DNA from: Endomicrobiia bacterium
GTDB lineage: Bacteria; Elusimicrobiota; Endomicrobiia; DTEH01
Assembly: GCA_039630545.1 (NCBI GenBank)
Contig: JBCNUU010000004.1
Location: 32,001 to 96,000 of the forward strand
DNA: 64,000 nucleotides
Reading direction: 5' to 3'
Shown: positions 11,270 to 19,839 of the stretch, in pieces
Numbering within the stretch: the stretch's first letter is position 1
Layout: the number at the start of each line of letters is the position of its first letter
The notes under the pieces: model-generated
What the model was told of the DNA's origin: nothing
What the model saw: only the letters and a program-made list of their open reading frames with translations
Database searches by the model: none
Program-made: the position numbers and the translations under genes

Positions 11270-11581
11270 TTAATTAGTATTTTCTTTTAAATATTTATCT
11301 ATCTCTTCTATAAGAGAATTTATTTTAAGTTCTAAATTTATTAATTTCTCTTCAGCTTTTTTTTCTAAACTGAATTTTTCTTTTGCTATTTCTAAAGAAG
11401 TATATGCGTAACTTCTCATCGTATCAATTTGATGTTGTTTTACTTCATTTAACTTTTTGTTAACCTGATCTGCTACAAGTTCAAAAAACATTTTTTCTAC
11501 AGGAGATTTAATGTCTAAAAAAATTTCCTGTGTGCCTATTTTTACTGAAAATTTCTCAATAATTTCTTGTTTATTTACCAT
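11270..11581 (-). CDS. zapA: Cell division protein ZapA
   Basis: 103 aa: N-terminal beta segment (FSVKIGTQ), helix ADQVNKKLNEV, SLEIAKE, C-terminal coiled coil. Synteny with a coiled-coil gene, 5-FTHF cyclo-ligase and rny. Confidence 0.75.
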   Translation of the reverse strand: MVNKQEIIEKFSVKIGTQEIFLDIKSPVEKMFFELVADQVNKKLNEVKQHQIDTMRSYAYTSLEIAKEKFSLEKKAEEKLINLELKINSLIEEIDKYLKENTN

Positions 11582-11613
11582 AAAATTTCCTAATTTACTC
11601 CTTTATATATATT
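11577..11613. repeat. Right arm of the inverted repeat flanking zapA (5' UTR, SD and ATG of zapA)
   Basis: ACCATAAAATTTCCTAATTTACTCCTTTATATATATT, 37 nt, complementary to 11225-11263. Confidence 0.95.
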
Positions 11614-11619
11614 TTTTAA

Positions 11620-11648
11620 AATATATATTATTAAAACCCTAAAGTCAA
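11620..11648 (-). promoter_or_regulatory. Predicted sigma70-type promoter of zapA
   Basis: TTGACT-N17-TATATT on the minus strand; predicted start about 11613. Confidence 0.6.
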
Positions 11649-11665
11649 TATTTATAAAAACATTA

Positions 11666-11935
11666 CTATATTTCAGAAATTTTTTCTATCAATTTTTTAA
11701 TCTTCTGTTTAACAACACCTGTCTTTGACTGAAGATGCAAGTACTCTTTATAGAAACTTTGCAGCTTTTTATTTTCTTCTTTGAGAAGATTTATATCTTG
11801 ATTAAGACGTGTATTTTCTGCTTTAAGAAGTTCAATCTGCTTTACAAATTCTTTTATCTTCTTTTCTAACAATGAAATCTGACTTTCTAAATTTTCTAAT
11901 TTGTTTAACAGACTGCTATGATTTAACTGCTCCAT
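11666..11935 (-). CDS. Small coiled-coil protein, ZapB-like
   Basis: 89 aa of continuous heptads, directly upstream of zapA. Confidence 0.55.
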   Translation of the reverse strand: MEQLNHSSLLNKLENLESQISLLEKKIKEFVKQIELLKAENTRLNQDINLLKEENKKLQSFYKEYLHLQSKTGVVKQKIKKLIEKISEI

Positions 11936-12573
11936 TATTTATTTAAATTATATCCATATTCATCAAATAACAGTGACCTTCTTCTACATTTTGGGCATAA
12001 AATTTCATAAAGATTTTCTCTTTGAGCAAACTGGACAAACTTTTTAGGACTCACATATGAACCCATTTCTTCATTTATAATCTGTATTAAATTTATATTT
12101 CCAAATGCTTTATGACCAAGTTTTTTAACAATGTATAATAGATGCGATTTCGTAGAAATTATACTATTACAAAAAGAACATACTACTAACTGATGTTTTA
12201 TTTCTTGAGATTTAAGAGTTGCTCTATCTGTGGTAGCTAAATCAAACTCTTTTGACATTACAACACCGGGTATCTTTTCATTTCTTGTTGTGCAAATCCT
12301 CGCACATTGTCCACAAAAAACACACTCATCATAATACCAGATCAAAGTTCTTTGAGCAGTTAAAGCTTCTATTTCATCTTTAAGTTTAATTGCACCAGCA
12401 GGGCATACTTCAGCACAAGCACCACAACCAATACATCCATCCTGCGAAGGTTGGGGTTTCCCACGAAAACTTTCAGGAGGAGTATGAGGTTCAAAAGGAT
12501 ATTTTGTAGTAAAAGGTCCCTTTATTAACGCTTTTATTGCTTCTTTTAATTCTCTTAATTTTGGATATTTCAT
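11935..12573 (-). CDS. NuoI/MbhN-like 4Fe-4S subunit of the membrane hydrogenase
   Basis: FTTKYPF, FRGKP, CIGCGACAEVCP, CVFCGQCARIC, extra CxxC pairs near the C terminus. Confidence 0.88.
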   Translation of the reverse strand: MKYPKLRELKEAIKALIKGPFTTKYPFEPHTPPESFRGKPQPSQDGCIGCGACAEVCPAGAIKLKDEIEALTAQRTLIWYYDECVFCGQCARICTTRNEKIPGVVMSKEFDLATTDRATLKSQEIKHQLVVCSFCNSIISTKSHLLYIVKKLGHKAFGNINLIQIINEEMGSYVSPKKFVQFAQRENLYEILCPKCRRRSLLFDEYGYNLNK

Positions 12574-12588
12574 TGGATTAAGTATATC

Positions 12589-12918
12589 CTAATTTTTATT
12601 TTTATATTCATCACATACTGAACTACTACACATCTTTACACCAGATTTATAAGCAGCTTTAGCTAATGCATGTGATGATACTGGAGAAGTCAAAAATACA
12701 AAAAACATTACCAACAAAGCTTTTAAAGCTAAATTTGTGAAAAACCCAGAGTAAACAAATATACCAAAAAATATACCACAAGTCCCCAAAGTTACACATT
12801 TAGTAGAAGCTTGTAATCTAGTATATACATCAGGAAATCTTACTAAACCTATACATCCAATGACGTCGGCTGTTATACCTATAGAGATTATTAAAAATCC
12901 TATTATTTCATTCATCAA
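12589..12918 (-). CDS. MrpG/MnhG (MbhC-like) antiporter subunit
   Basis: GLVRFPDVYTRLQASTK..TLG, LTSPVSSHALAKAAY. Confidence 0.92.
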   Translation of the reverse strand: MMNEIIGFLIISIGITADVIGCIGLVRFPDVYTRLQASTKCVTLGTCGIFFGIFVYSGFFTNLALKALLVMFFVFLTSPVSSHALAKAAYKSGVKMCSSSVCDEYKNKN

Positions 12919-13243
12919 ATCTTTTACCCTCCAAATATTTTGCTAACGCTAAATTTCCAATAAAAGATTGAAGCGCCCAGGCAATTGCTATGTCTATAAA
13001 AAATGAAGCTTTTGTAAAAATAGAAAGAATACCACAGATTCCAACTATAATAAGACCCAATATGTCCGTAGCAACAGCTCTATCTGCAGGAGTTGGACCT
13101 AAAAAGATTCTGTAAAGACACAAAATTAAACTCAAAATCATAGGAGATATAAATTTAAAAACTAAATCCATTTTAATCAATGCATTGATCACAATAAATC
13201 CAATTATGAGTAGTAATCCTAATATATATCTTGTTGTCCTCAT
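12908..13243 (-). CDS. MrpF/MnhF (MbhB-like) antiporter subunit
   Basis: RIFLGPTPADRAVATD, FIGNLALAKYL. Confidence 0.9.
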   Translation of the reverse strand: MRTTRYILGLLLIIGFIVINALIKMDLVFKFISPMILSLILCLYRIFLGPTPADRAVATDILGLIIVGICGILSIFTKASFFIDIAIAWALQSFIGNLALAKYLEGKRFDE

Positions 13244-13249
13244 ATATAT

Positions 13250-13750
13250 TTAAGAAAAAATCTTTTCTAAAATATTCTCAAACTTTTTTACTATCCTTTT
13301 AGTCGCTTCTTCTGAATCCAAACTTCTTACATAAATCCAATGCACATATATATATCCATTTTCTCTATCCACATCAACACTTAAAGTTCCAGGCGTCAAA
13401 GTTATAGAGTTAGCAAGCATTGTCAATCCAGCATCTGATTTAAGCTTTGTTTTAACCTTTACAATACCTGGTTTTATTGGCATATCAGGTAGTATAATTC
13501 TATATGCTACATCGATATTTGCCTTTATTACTTCATATAAAAAAATTATAAAATAATAAATAAACCAAAGATATCTAACCGGTTTTTTGAAACTCCATTC
13601 ATTTTGAAGATTGATATCTCCAAATAATAAAACTATCAAAAAACTACATAGTATACCTACTAATATACTATATATATCAAAACCAGACAAAATAGACCAA
13701 ATTAAGAAAATAAACAAGAATAAAAAAACTCTATTATAGAGGTATTTCAT
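13250..13750 (-). CDS. MrpE/MnhE (MbhA-like) antiporter subunit
   Basis: ANIDVA, PGIVKV, LANSITLTPGTL, YVHW. Confidence 0.93.
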   Translation of the reverse strand: MKYLYNRVFLFLFIFLIWSILSGFDIYSILVGILCSFLIVLLFGDINLQNEWSFKKPVRYLWFIYYFIIFLYEVIKANIDVAYRIILPDMPIKPGIVKVKTKLKSDAGLTMLANSITLTPGTLSVDVDRENGYIYVHWIYVRSLDSEEATKRIVKKFENILEKIFS

Positions 13751-15237
13751 TTTAGAATTGTCTTATAATAAAGCGAACCTTCATATATTGTACTTTTAAT
13801 TTTAGAAAGTAACAAATCATTTATGTTTGGATATAGCAATATACCTAAAATAATACATAAAATAGCAAGTGACAACATAGAAAATTGCATAGGAAAAGGA
13901 ACCTCTTTTTTATTTTCACTGAATTTAGTATTATCCTCAATACTATAAAATCCATATTTCAATACTTTCAGAAAACTTGCTAAAGTTAAAACACTTACCG
14001 CAACCGCAACTATAGCAGCTAAAATATTTTTTGTTTCTATACAAGCAACAATAATTAGCAACTTAGACCAAAAACCATTAAAAGGAGGAACTCCTGCTAT
14101 TGATAAACTCCCAACTACTGCTGAAAATGTAGTATTTGGCATTATTTTATTTACACAACAATATTTTTTAAGGTCCCGTGTATAAAAATTGTATTCTAAA
14201 GCTCCACTAGTTAAAAAAAGTAAAGACTTAAAAATAGAATGATTCAACATATGAAACATTCCTCCTACTATTCCTGTTGGAGATCCTAATCCGATCCCGA
14301 GCAACATATATCCCACCTGACTTATTGAATGATAAGCAAGCAATCTTTTGTAATCCCATTGATATAGGGCTAGAATTACTCCAATTATCATTGACAAAAT
14401 CCCAAGATAAAAAATTATATTCAATATCTCCTGATTTTTAGGAAATACGTTAAAAATGAACCTTACTATTAGATATATACCAAGTGTTTTTATAAGAACT
14501 CCTGACAACATTGCAGAAATTGGAGCAGGAGCAGAAGGATGTGCATCTGGTAACCACCAGTGAAAAGGTACTACTGCAGCTTTTACACTAAAACCTATAA
14601 TGAATAAAAAAAGAATAATTTTGAGTATAAAACTTCTATCAAACTCTATTGTTTTAGCTATATCTGCTAAGTTAAGAGTAGATGTATAACTGTAAGTCAA
14701 AACTATTCCCAGCAAAATCAATCCTGTAGAGATAGAACCTAAAATTATATATTTAAAAGATGCCTCTAATTCGTCTTTACCTATACCATAAGCAACCAAA
14801 GCATAAGAAGAAATTGAAGCTATTTCTAAAAACACAAATATATTGAATAAATCACCACTTATTATTACTCCATTCATACCTGCAATCATAAGCTCAAACA
14901 AAGAATAAAATCCCCAACTTTCAGTATAACTTTTCATATAAGAGATCGAATATATTCCTACAAAAAATCCTACAACATTTACTAACAAAAGCATAAATAC
15001 AGTCAATGAGTCCATTACAAGAGTTATTCCATATGGTATAACCCATCCCCCAACTTGGTACACCAAAGTTATATTTTCTGATGTGTTGATATAAAATAAA
15101 CTTACAAAACTCAAAACAACAAGTAAAAAATTAACTATATTGATAAAGATCTCAGAAAAATTTTTAACAAATCTCCCTAATAGTGAGTTAATAAAAACAC
15201 CTAATAATGGCAAAATTACAAAAAATGTTATTATCAT
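13747..15237 (-). CDS. MrpD/MbhH-like proton-conducting subunit
   Basis: GDLFNIFVFLE, EASFKY, PFHWWLPDAHPSAP, KRLLAYHSISQVGY, PPFNGFWSK. Confidence 0.92.
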   Translation of the reverse strand: MIITFFVILPLLGVFINSLLGRFVKNFSEIFINIVNFLLVVLSFVSLFYINTSENITLVYQVGGWVIPYGITLVMDSLTVFMLLLVNVVGFFVGIYSISYMKSYTESWGFYSLFELMIAGMNGVIISGDLFNIFVFLEIASISSYALVAYGIGKDELEASFKYIILGSISTGLILLGIVLTYSYTSTLNLADIAKTIEFDRSFILKIILFLFIIGFSVKAAVVPFHWWLPDAHPSAPAPISAMLSGVLIKTLGIYLIVRFIFNVFPKNQEILNIIFYLGILSMIIGVILALYQWDYKRLLAYHSISQVGYMLLGIGLGSPTGIVGGMFHMLNHSIFKSLLFLTSGALEYNFYTRDLKKYCCVNKIMPNTTFSAVVGSLSIAGVPPFNGFWSKLLIIVACIETKNILAAIVAVAVSVLTLASFLKVLKYGFYSIEDNTKFSENKKEVPFPMQFSMLSLAILCIILGILLYPNINDLLLSKIKSTIYEGSLYYKTILK

Positions 15238-15244
15238 AGAAAAT

Positions 15245-15586
15245 TTAACCTTTTAAATTTTTAATTTCTGTAATATCAAATGTCTTATGTTTTTCATAAA
15301 TACGTAAAGCAATAGCAACCATTAAAATAGTTACAGAGAGTCCTATTACTATAGAGGTTAAAACTAATGCCTGCGGAACAGGATCTACCATTGGTTGCGT
15401 AGTTGAGTGAGTTTTTAAAAATATTGGGAAAATACCATCTTTTCTATATCCTACTACTATAAAGAACAAGTTAAGGGAGTTGTCCATTATAATAAAAGAA
15501 ATTATTATTTTTAACAAATTTTTTTTAGTTATTAAACCATATAGTCCAACAAAAAACATTGTTAAACACAAAACATATACTAACAT
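15245..15586 (-). CDS. MrpC/MnhC (MbhG-like) subunit
   Basis: KKNLLKII, DPVPQALVLTSIVIG. Confidence 0.93.
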   Translation of the reverse strand: MLVYVLCLTMFFVGLYGLITKKNLLKIIISFIIMDNSLNLFFIVVGYRKDGIFPIFLKTHSTTQPMVDPVPQALVLTSIVIGLSVTILMVAIALRIYEKHKTFDITEIKNLKG

Positions 15587-15588
15587 AT

Positions 15589-16053
15589 TTACTCTCCCTT
15601 ATGTAAAGAAAAAAGAATAAGACACAAAAATGCACTAAGCATACCAAAACCAACCTTAAGCATAATAGCAACATTAGCAGGCAAAATAATTCCACCAGAA
15701 AACAAACTAAAAATTTTACCCTGCCCTAAAAAGTCTTTAAAAAAAATACCAGTAGCAAATCCTAAAATCGCTATAGATAAAAACATCAAACCCCCTGTTG
15801 TTTCTAAAATGGAAGCTAAATACTCATTAATCCTTCTTACTACAAAATCTTTACCATAAGCAAGAATAATATGGATAAAAGACAAAACAACAATCACACC
15901 ACCCGCAAAACCACCACCTGGACCAAGATGCCCAAAAAATGTTATATATAAACCATATAAAATAATCAATAAAATTGTCCATCTTGTAACAGTTTTTACT
16001 ATTAAAGACATTCCTGAATTATTTTTACTATTCTTTTTCATTAGATTTACCAA
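15589..16053 (-). CDS. MrpB/MnhB (MbhF-like) subunit
   Basis: GHLGPGGGFAGG, LFSGGII, LKVG. Confidence 0.9.
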   Translation of the reverse strand: MVNLMKKNSKNNSGMSLIVKTVTRWTILLIILYGLYITFFGHLGPGGGFAGGVIVVLSFIHIILAYGKDFVVRRINEYLASILETTGGLMFLSIAILGFATGIFFKDFLGQGKIFSLFSGGIILPANVAIMLKVGFGMLSAFLCLILFSLHKGE

Positions 16054-16555
16054 TTTTTCTTAGAATTAATACAGCACCTAAAATTGCTGTAAATAAAACT
16101 ACAACTTCCCCTAATGTATCATAAGCTCTATAATTTAAAATTATCGCCGAAACTACATCCACAGCACCAGTATCTTTTATAGTATTATTAACATAATATT
16201 CAGCCAATTTATATTTAGGCTTTCCAAAAGAAGGAAGATCCTTAAATGAGAACCCTACAATAGTTAAAAATACAAAAACAAAAAATATTATAGGTAGTCT
16301 TAAGAAAAAACTCTTTTTATTATAAATCGTTTCATCTCTTACAACAGTCGCTCTTATTAATATTACTAAAGACAAAATTTCAACTACAAATTGAACTATA
16401 GCAACATCAGGTGCTTGAAGTAATAAAAACAAAAGCGTTAAAATCAATCCTACTGCTCCTAAGCTTACAACTGAAGAAAGTAAATCTTTTATCTCTAAAG
16501 ATATTATAGCAGCAATTATCATTAAAAATATAAGAAGTGTAATAATGCCTTCCAT
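16028..16555 (-). CDS. MbhD/MbhE-like fusion (C-terminal MrpA domains)
   Basis: LQAPDVAIVQ and VVSAIILNYRAYDTLGE. Confidence 0.85.
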   Translation of the reverse strand: MEGIITLLIFLMIIAAIISLEIKDLLSSVVSLGAVGLILTLLFLLLQAPDVAIVQFVVEILSLVILIRATVVRDETIYNKKSFFLRLPIIFFVFVFLTIVGFSFKDLPSFGKPKYKLAEYYVNNTIKDTGAVDVVSAIILNYRAYDTLGEVVVLFTAILGAVLILRKIGKSNEKE

Positions 16556-16562
16556 AAATTAA

Positions 16563-18437
16563 TTAAAATATAAACAATATAATTAAAATTAAAATTCCTA
16601 AAAAAACCCAAGAAATATACGAATGCAAGTTCCCATTATGTAATTTTGACAAAAAATCACCAGTTTTAAAAATAAGTTTTTTCCCAAGCAGATATACATC
16701 TAAAAATTCTAATTGAATTACTGTTTTCACTAACGAAGCTAATAAAGATAAAATACCGTAGAACCAATTATAAAAATCTAATAATCTTTGTTGTGCAAAG
16801 TTATATAAAATATAAAAAGGATATGTTTCAACAATTGTAAGATAAAAATCTGTTGCAGGTATGGTGGTGTTATTTAATTTATTCTCTTCGCCTAACATAT
16901 ATACTTTTACTTTTCGTGGTTTATCTACAAATAGCATATAGATTAAACTGCCAATAATAAGACCTGTTATTAAAAGATAAAAAGCTACTTTTGCATTCCA
17001 TTCACCTGACAATTTAAAACTATAAATATTAACCATTTTACTAACTAAACTTATAGGAACTTCATAAGCAAAAACTCCAAATATTACACATAATATAGAT
17101 AACATTCCCATAGATAAAATACAGTTAAATTTTTCTATTTTTCTAGGTGAAATTTCATTTTTTTGTGTTCCAGAAAGAAATAATGAATGGAGCACTTTTA
17201 CAAAAGATGCTAAAGTCAAAGCACTTCCGAATATTGCACTTATTAATACAAACATGACAACAACTGATTTCGTAGAACCAATACTTAAAATAAGAGATTG
17301 GTATATCATCCATTTAGATACAAAACCATTAAAAGGTGGTATTCCTGCAATAGATACCGCAGCTATTAAAGTAAACAAAAAAGTGTACGGTAAAACTTTA
17401 GATAAGTTTTTAGGTTTAGAAAGTTCTACATCTTCAGCATTTTTTTCTACCATATCCGCAGATAGAAAAAGTAATGTTTTATATATTATATTATTTATCA
17501 TGTGAAAAACTCCAGCAATCATACCTATAGTAGTGCCAGTAGAAATACCTACTATCATATATCCAACTTGAGATATCGCATGATAGGACAAAAGCTTTTT
17601 CAAATTGTGTTGGTGTAAAGCCATAAAAACAGCAATTAGTATAGTTAACGCCCCTAAAAACATTAAAAATAAATGAGTTTTTAATACAAATATATCTTTT
17701 GTTACTCTTACAAACCAATAAATACCTATTATTTTATCTATAGCACCAACAACATAAGCTGAAACATTTGCAGGTAAGCTGCAGGAAGCTTCTGGTATCC
17801 AGTTGTGAAAAGGAACACTTCCTAATTTGCCTAAAGCCGCTATTATTAATAGAGTAAAAATAAGAGAATTATTTGTTACATCTAAGTTAAAACTTTCTGT
17901 TAATATATATCTTCCTGTTTTAACAATTAACAAAATAATACCTACAAAAAGACAAAAATCAGTTATAGCAATTGTTACTAGTGACTTTGTAGCTACCTTA
18001 TAGTTATCTTCTTGTGTAACGAATCTTATCATTAAATAAATTATTAATCCTAAAATTTCCCATGATATCAAAATTATTAGTAGATTTTTCGAAAAAATAA
18101 GTAGATTAGAAAAAGAAAGTATAAGGAATATAAAAGAAAAGTATGTGTTTTCTTTTCCATATGAAACTAATTCTTTAGAAAAAATAACAATAATAAATGT
18201 AAAGAAACAACATAAGATCACATTTATTGTAGAAGTAAGATCATTCGATAAAGCAATATCAAATTGTTTAACCCAAGGTAAAACAATTTCGTATTTTGAA
18301 AATAATAAATAAAAAGCACTCACCAAGCATAAAAATGAACCAACAACACTTATCCAGTAATTTTTTGTTTTTTTAAAAAACAAATTAAGTACACCTAAAG
18401 TCAAGGGTAACAAAATTGTCAATAATAAGTAGTTCAT
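16563..18437 (-). CDS. NuoL/MrpA-like antiporter-like subunit with C-terminal extension
   Basis: SWE, KLGSVPFHNWIP, KKLLSYHAISQVGY, PPFNGFVSKW, C-terminal HNGNLHSY. Confidence 0.88.
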   Translation of the reverse strand: MNYLLLTILLPLTLGVLNLFFKKTKNYWISVVGSFLCLVSAFYLLFSKYEIVLPWVKQFDIALSNDLTSTINVILCCFFTFIIVIFSKELVSYGKENTYFSFIFLILSFSNLLIFSKNLLIILISWEILGLIIYLMIRFVTQEDNYKVATKSLVTIAITDFCLFVGIILLIVKTGRYILTESFNLDVTNNSLIFTLLIIAALGKLGSVPFHNWIPEASCSLPANVSAYVVGAIDKIIGIYWFVRVTKDIFVLKTHLFLMFLGALTILIAVFMALHQHNLKKLLSYHAISQVGYMIVGISTGTTIGMIAGVFHMINNIIYKTLLFLSADMVEKNAEDVELSKPKNLSKVLPYTFLFTLIAAVSIAGIPPFNGFVSKWMIYQSLILSIGSTKSVVVMFVLISAIFGSALTLASFVKVLHSLFLSGTQKNEISPRKIEKFNCILSMGMLSILCVIFGVFAYEVPISLVSKMVNIYSFKLSGEWNAKVAFYLLITGLIIGSLIYMLFVDKPRKVKVYMLGEENKLNNTTIPATDFYLTIVETYPFYILYNFAQQRLLDFYNWFYGILSLLASLVKTVIQLEFLDVYLLGKKLIFKTGDFLSKLHNGNLHSYISWVFLGILILIILFIF

Positions 18438-18441
18438 ACTA

Positions 18442-19839
18442 TTAAATTTTAATTAACTTTAAAATCATTTCTGGAAATAATCCAACCACTACAGAAAAAA
18501 GTGTAAGCAAGACAATCACCAAAACCATAGATAATGTTTTTTCTTTAATCTCAAATTTTTTCTTACCCAAGAATACAGAGTTGTACAATCTCATCAAATA
18601 TAGCAGAGTTAAAATTGAACCTGCAACAGCTACAAAAGCTACAAAAATTCTCTGTGTCTCTAAAGCACCTTTTAATATAAAAAATTTACCCCAGAATCCA
18701 CTGAAAATAGGAAAACCTATTATTGAAAAACTACATATTAAAAAACAAATAGAAGTTACAGGCATTGTTTGGATTAATCCACCTAATTTACTAATATCTC
18801 TTTCATTTACATTATGTTCTACTATACCCGCTGATAAAAATAGTCCTGCTTTAGATAAAGCATGACTTAAAATATAAAATATAGCTCCTTTAATACTATC
18901 TGTTATATTTATTACAAAACCTAAAAATACATAACTCAACTGAGATATAGTAGAATACGCTAAAATTCTTTTAATATCTGTCTCAATCAAAGCCATAAAA
19001 CCTGCTATTAATATTGTTGACAAAAATATAACAAGTGTAAATTCCTGAAATCTCTGTGAAATTTCAAAAGTAAAGTTAAAGATTCTACCAAAACTATATA
19101 TTCCAATTTTAACTAAAACAGCTGCATGTAATAATGCCGTTACAGGTGTAGGAGCAACTCCTGCTTCAGGTAGCCACACATGAAAAGGAAACTGTGCAGA
19201 TTTAGCTATCATTCCTGATAGCAAAAATAAAGCTGTTGTATCAGAAATTTGTTTATTTTTTAGTTCATAAATATTTGCACTACCATATTCTACATAAAGT
19301 ATACAAATTCCAACTAACATCAAAGCTGAACCCAAAAGGGTCATAAGAAAAGATTTATTTGCTTTAGATAAATGTACATTTCCTCTATAAAAACCTATCA
19401 GCTGCCATGAACAAATAGATGTCAGTTCCCAACAAATATACATAATTATAAGGTTTCCACTAAAAGTTAAACCTAACATTGAAGTTACAAATAATGTAAC
19501 ATAAAAATAGTATATGCTTTGATTTTCATAATGTGACATATAATCAAATGAATAAATAACTATTAATGTGGCTATTATAATTGAAGTTAATGCCATTATT
19601 AAAGCATAACTATCTAATATAAATATATCCCAATTTTTAAATTTTAACATTAAAAAATCACTTTCTATATTGGAAAAATATCTAAACGACAAACTGATTA
19701 TTCCAAATAGTCCCAAAACCAAAGCTATCAAAGAGGAAATTCTTGAGATTTTTTCATAAGTTGAAATTCTGGCTAAAAAAGTTCCAACTAATAAAACACT
19801 AAAAGAAAATAAAATTATAAAACTATTTGTAATAATCAT
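18442..19839 (-). CDS. NuoL/M/MrpD-family antiporter-like subunit
   Basis: WELTS, KSAQFPFHVWLPEAGVAPTPVTALLHAA, KRILAYSTISQL. Confidence 0.9.
   Translation of the reverse strand: MIITNSFIILFSFSVLLVGTFLARISTYEKISRISSLIALVLGLFGIISLSFRYFSNIESDFLMLKFKNWDIFILDSYALIMALTSIIIATLIVIYSFDYMSHYENQSIYYFYVTLFVTSMLGLTFSGNLIIMYICWELTSICSWQLIGFYRGNVHLSKANKSFLMTLLGSALMLVGICILYVEYGSANIYELKNKQISDTTALFLLSGMIAKSAQFPFHVWLPEAGVAPTPVTALLHAAVLVKIGIYSFGRIFNFTFEISQRFQEFTLVIFLSTILIAGFMALIETDIKRILAYSTISQLSYVFLGFVINITDSIKGAIFYILSHALSKAGLFLSAGIVEHNVNERDISKLGGLIQTMPVTSICFLICSFSIIGFPIFSGFWGKFFILKGALETQRIFVAFVAVAGSILTLLYLMRLYNSVFLGKKKFEIKEKTLSMVLVIVLLTLFSVVVGLFPEMILKLIKI

Noticed and set aside
11235..11273. Plus-strand AAGGAG followed by ATG GTT AGA GCT TAA (mini-ORF MVRA)
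   Set aside because: A by-product of the repeat arm copying the zapA start region; no convincing plus-strand promoter.
11215..11625. zapA segment as a MITE or IS with terminal inverted repeats
   Set aside because: No target-site duplication, no transposase or recombinase in the window, and the cargo is a core gene at its usual locus.
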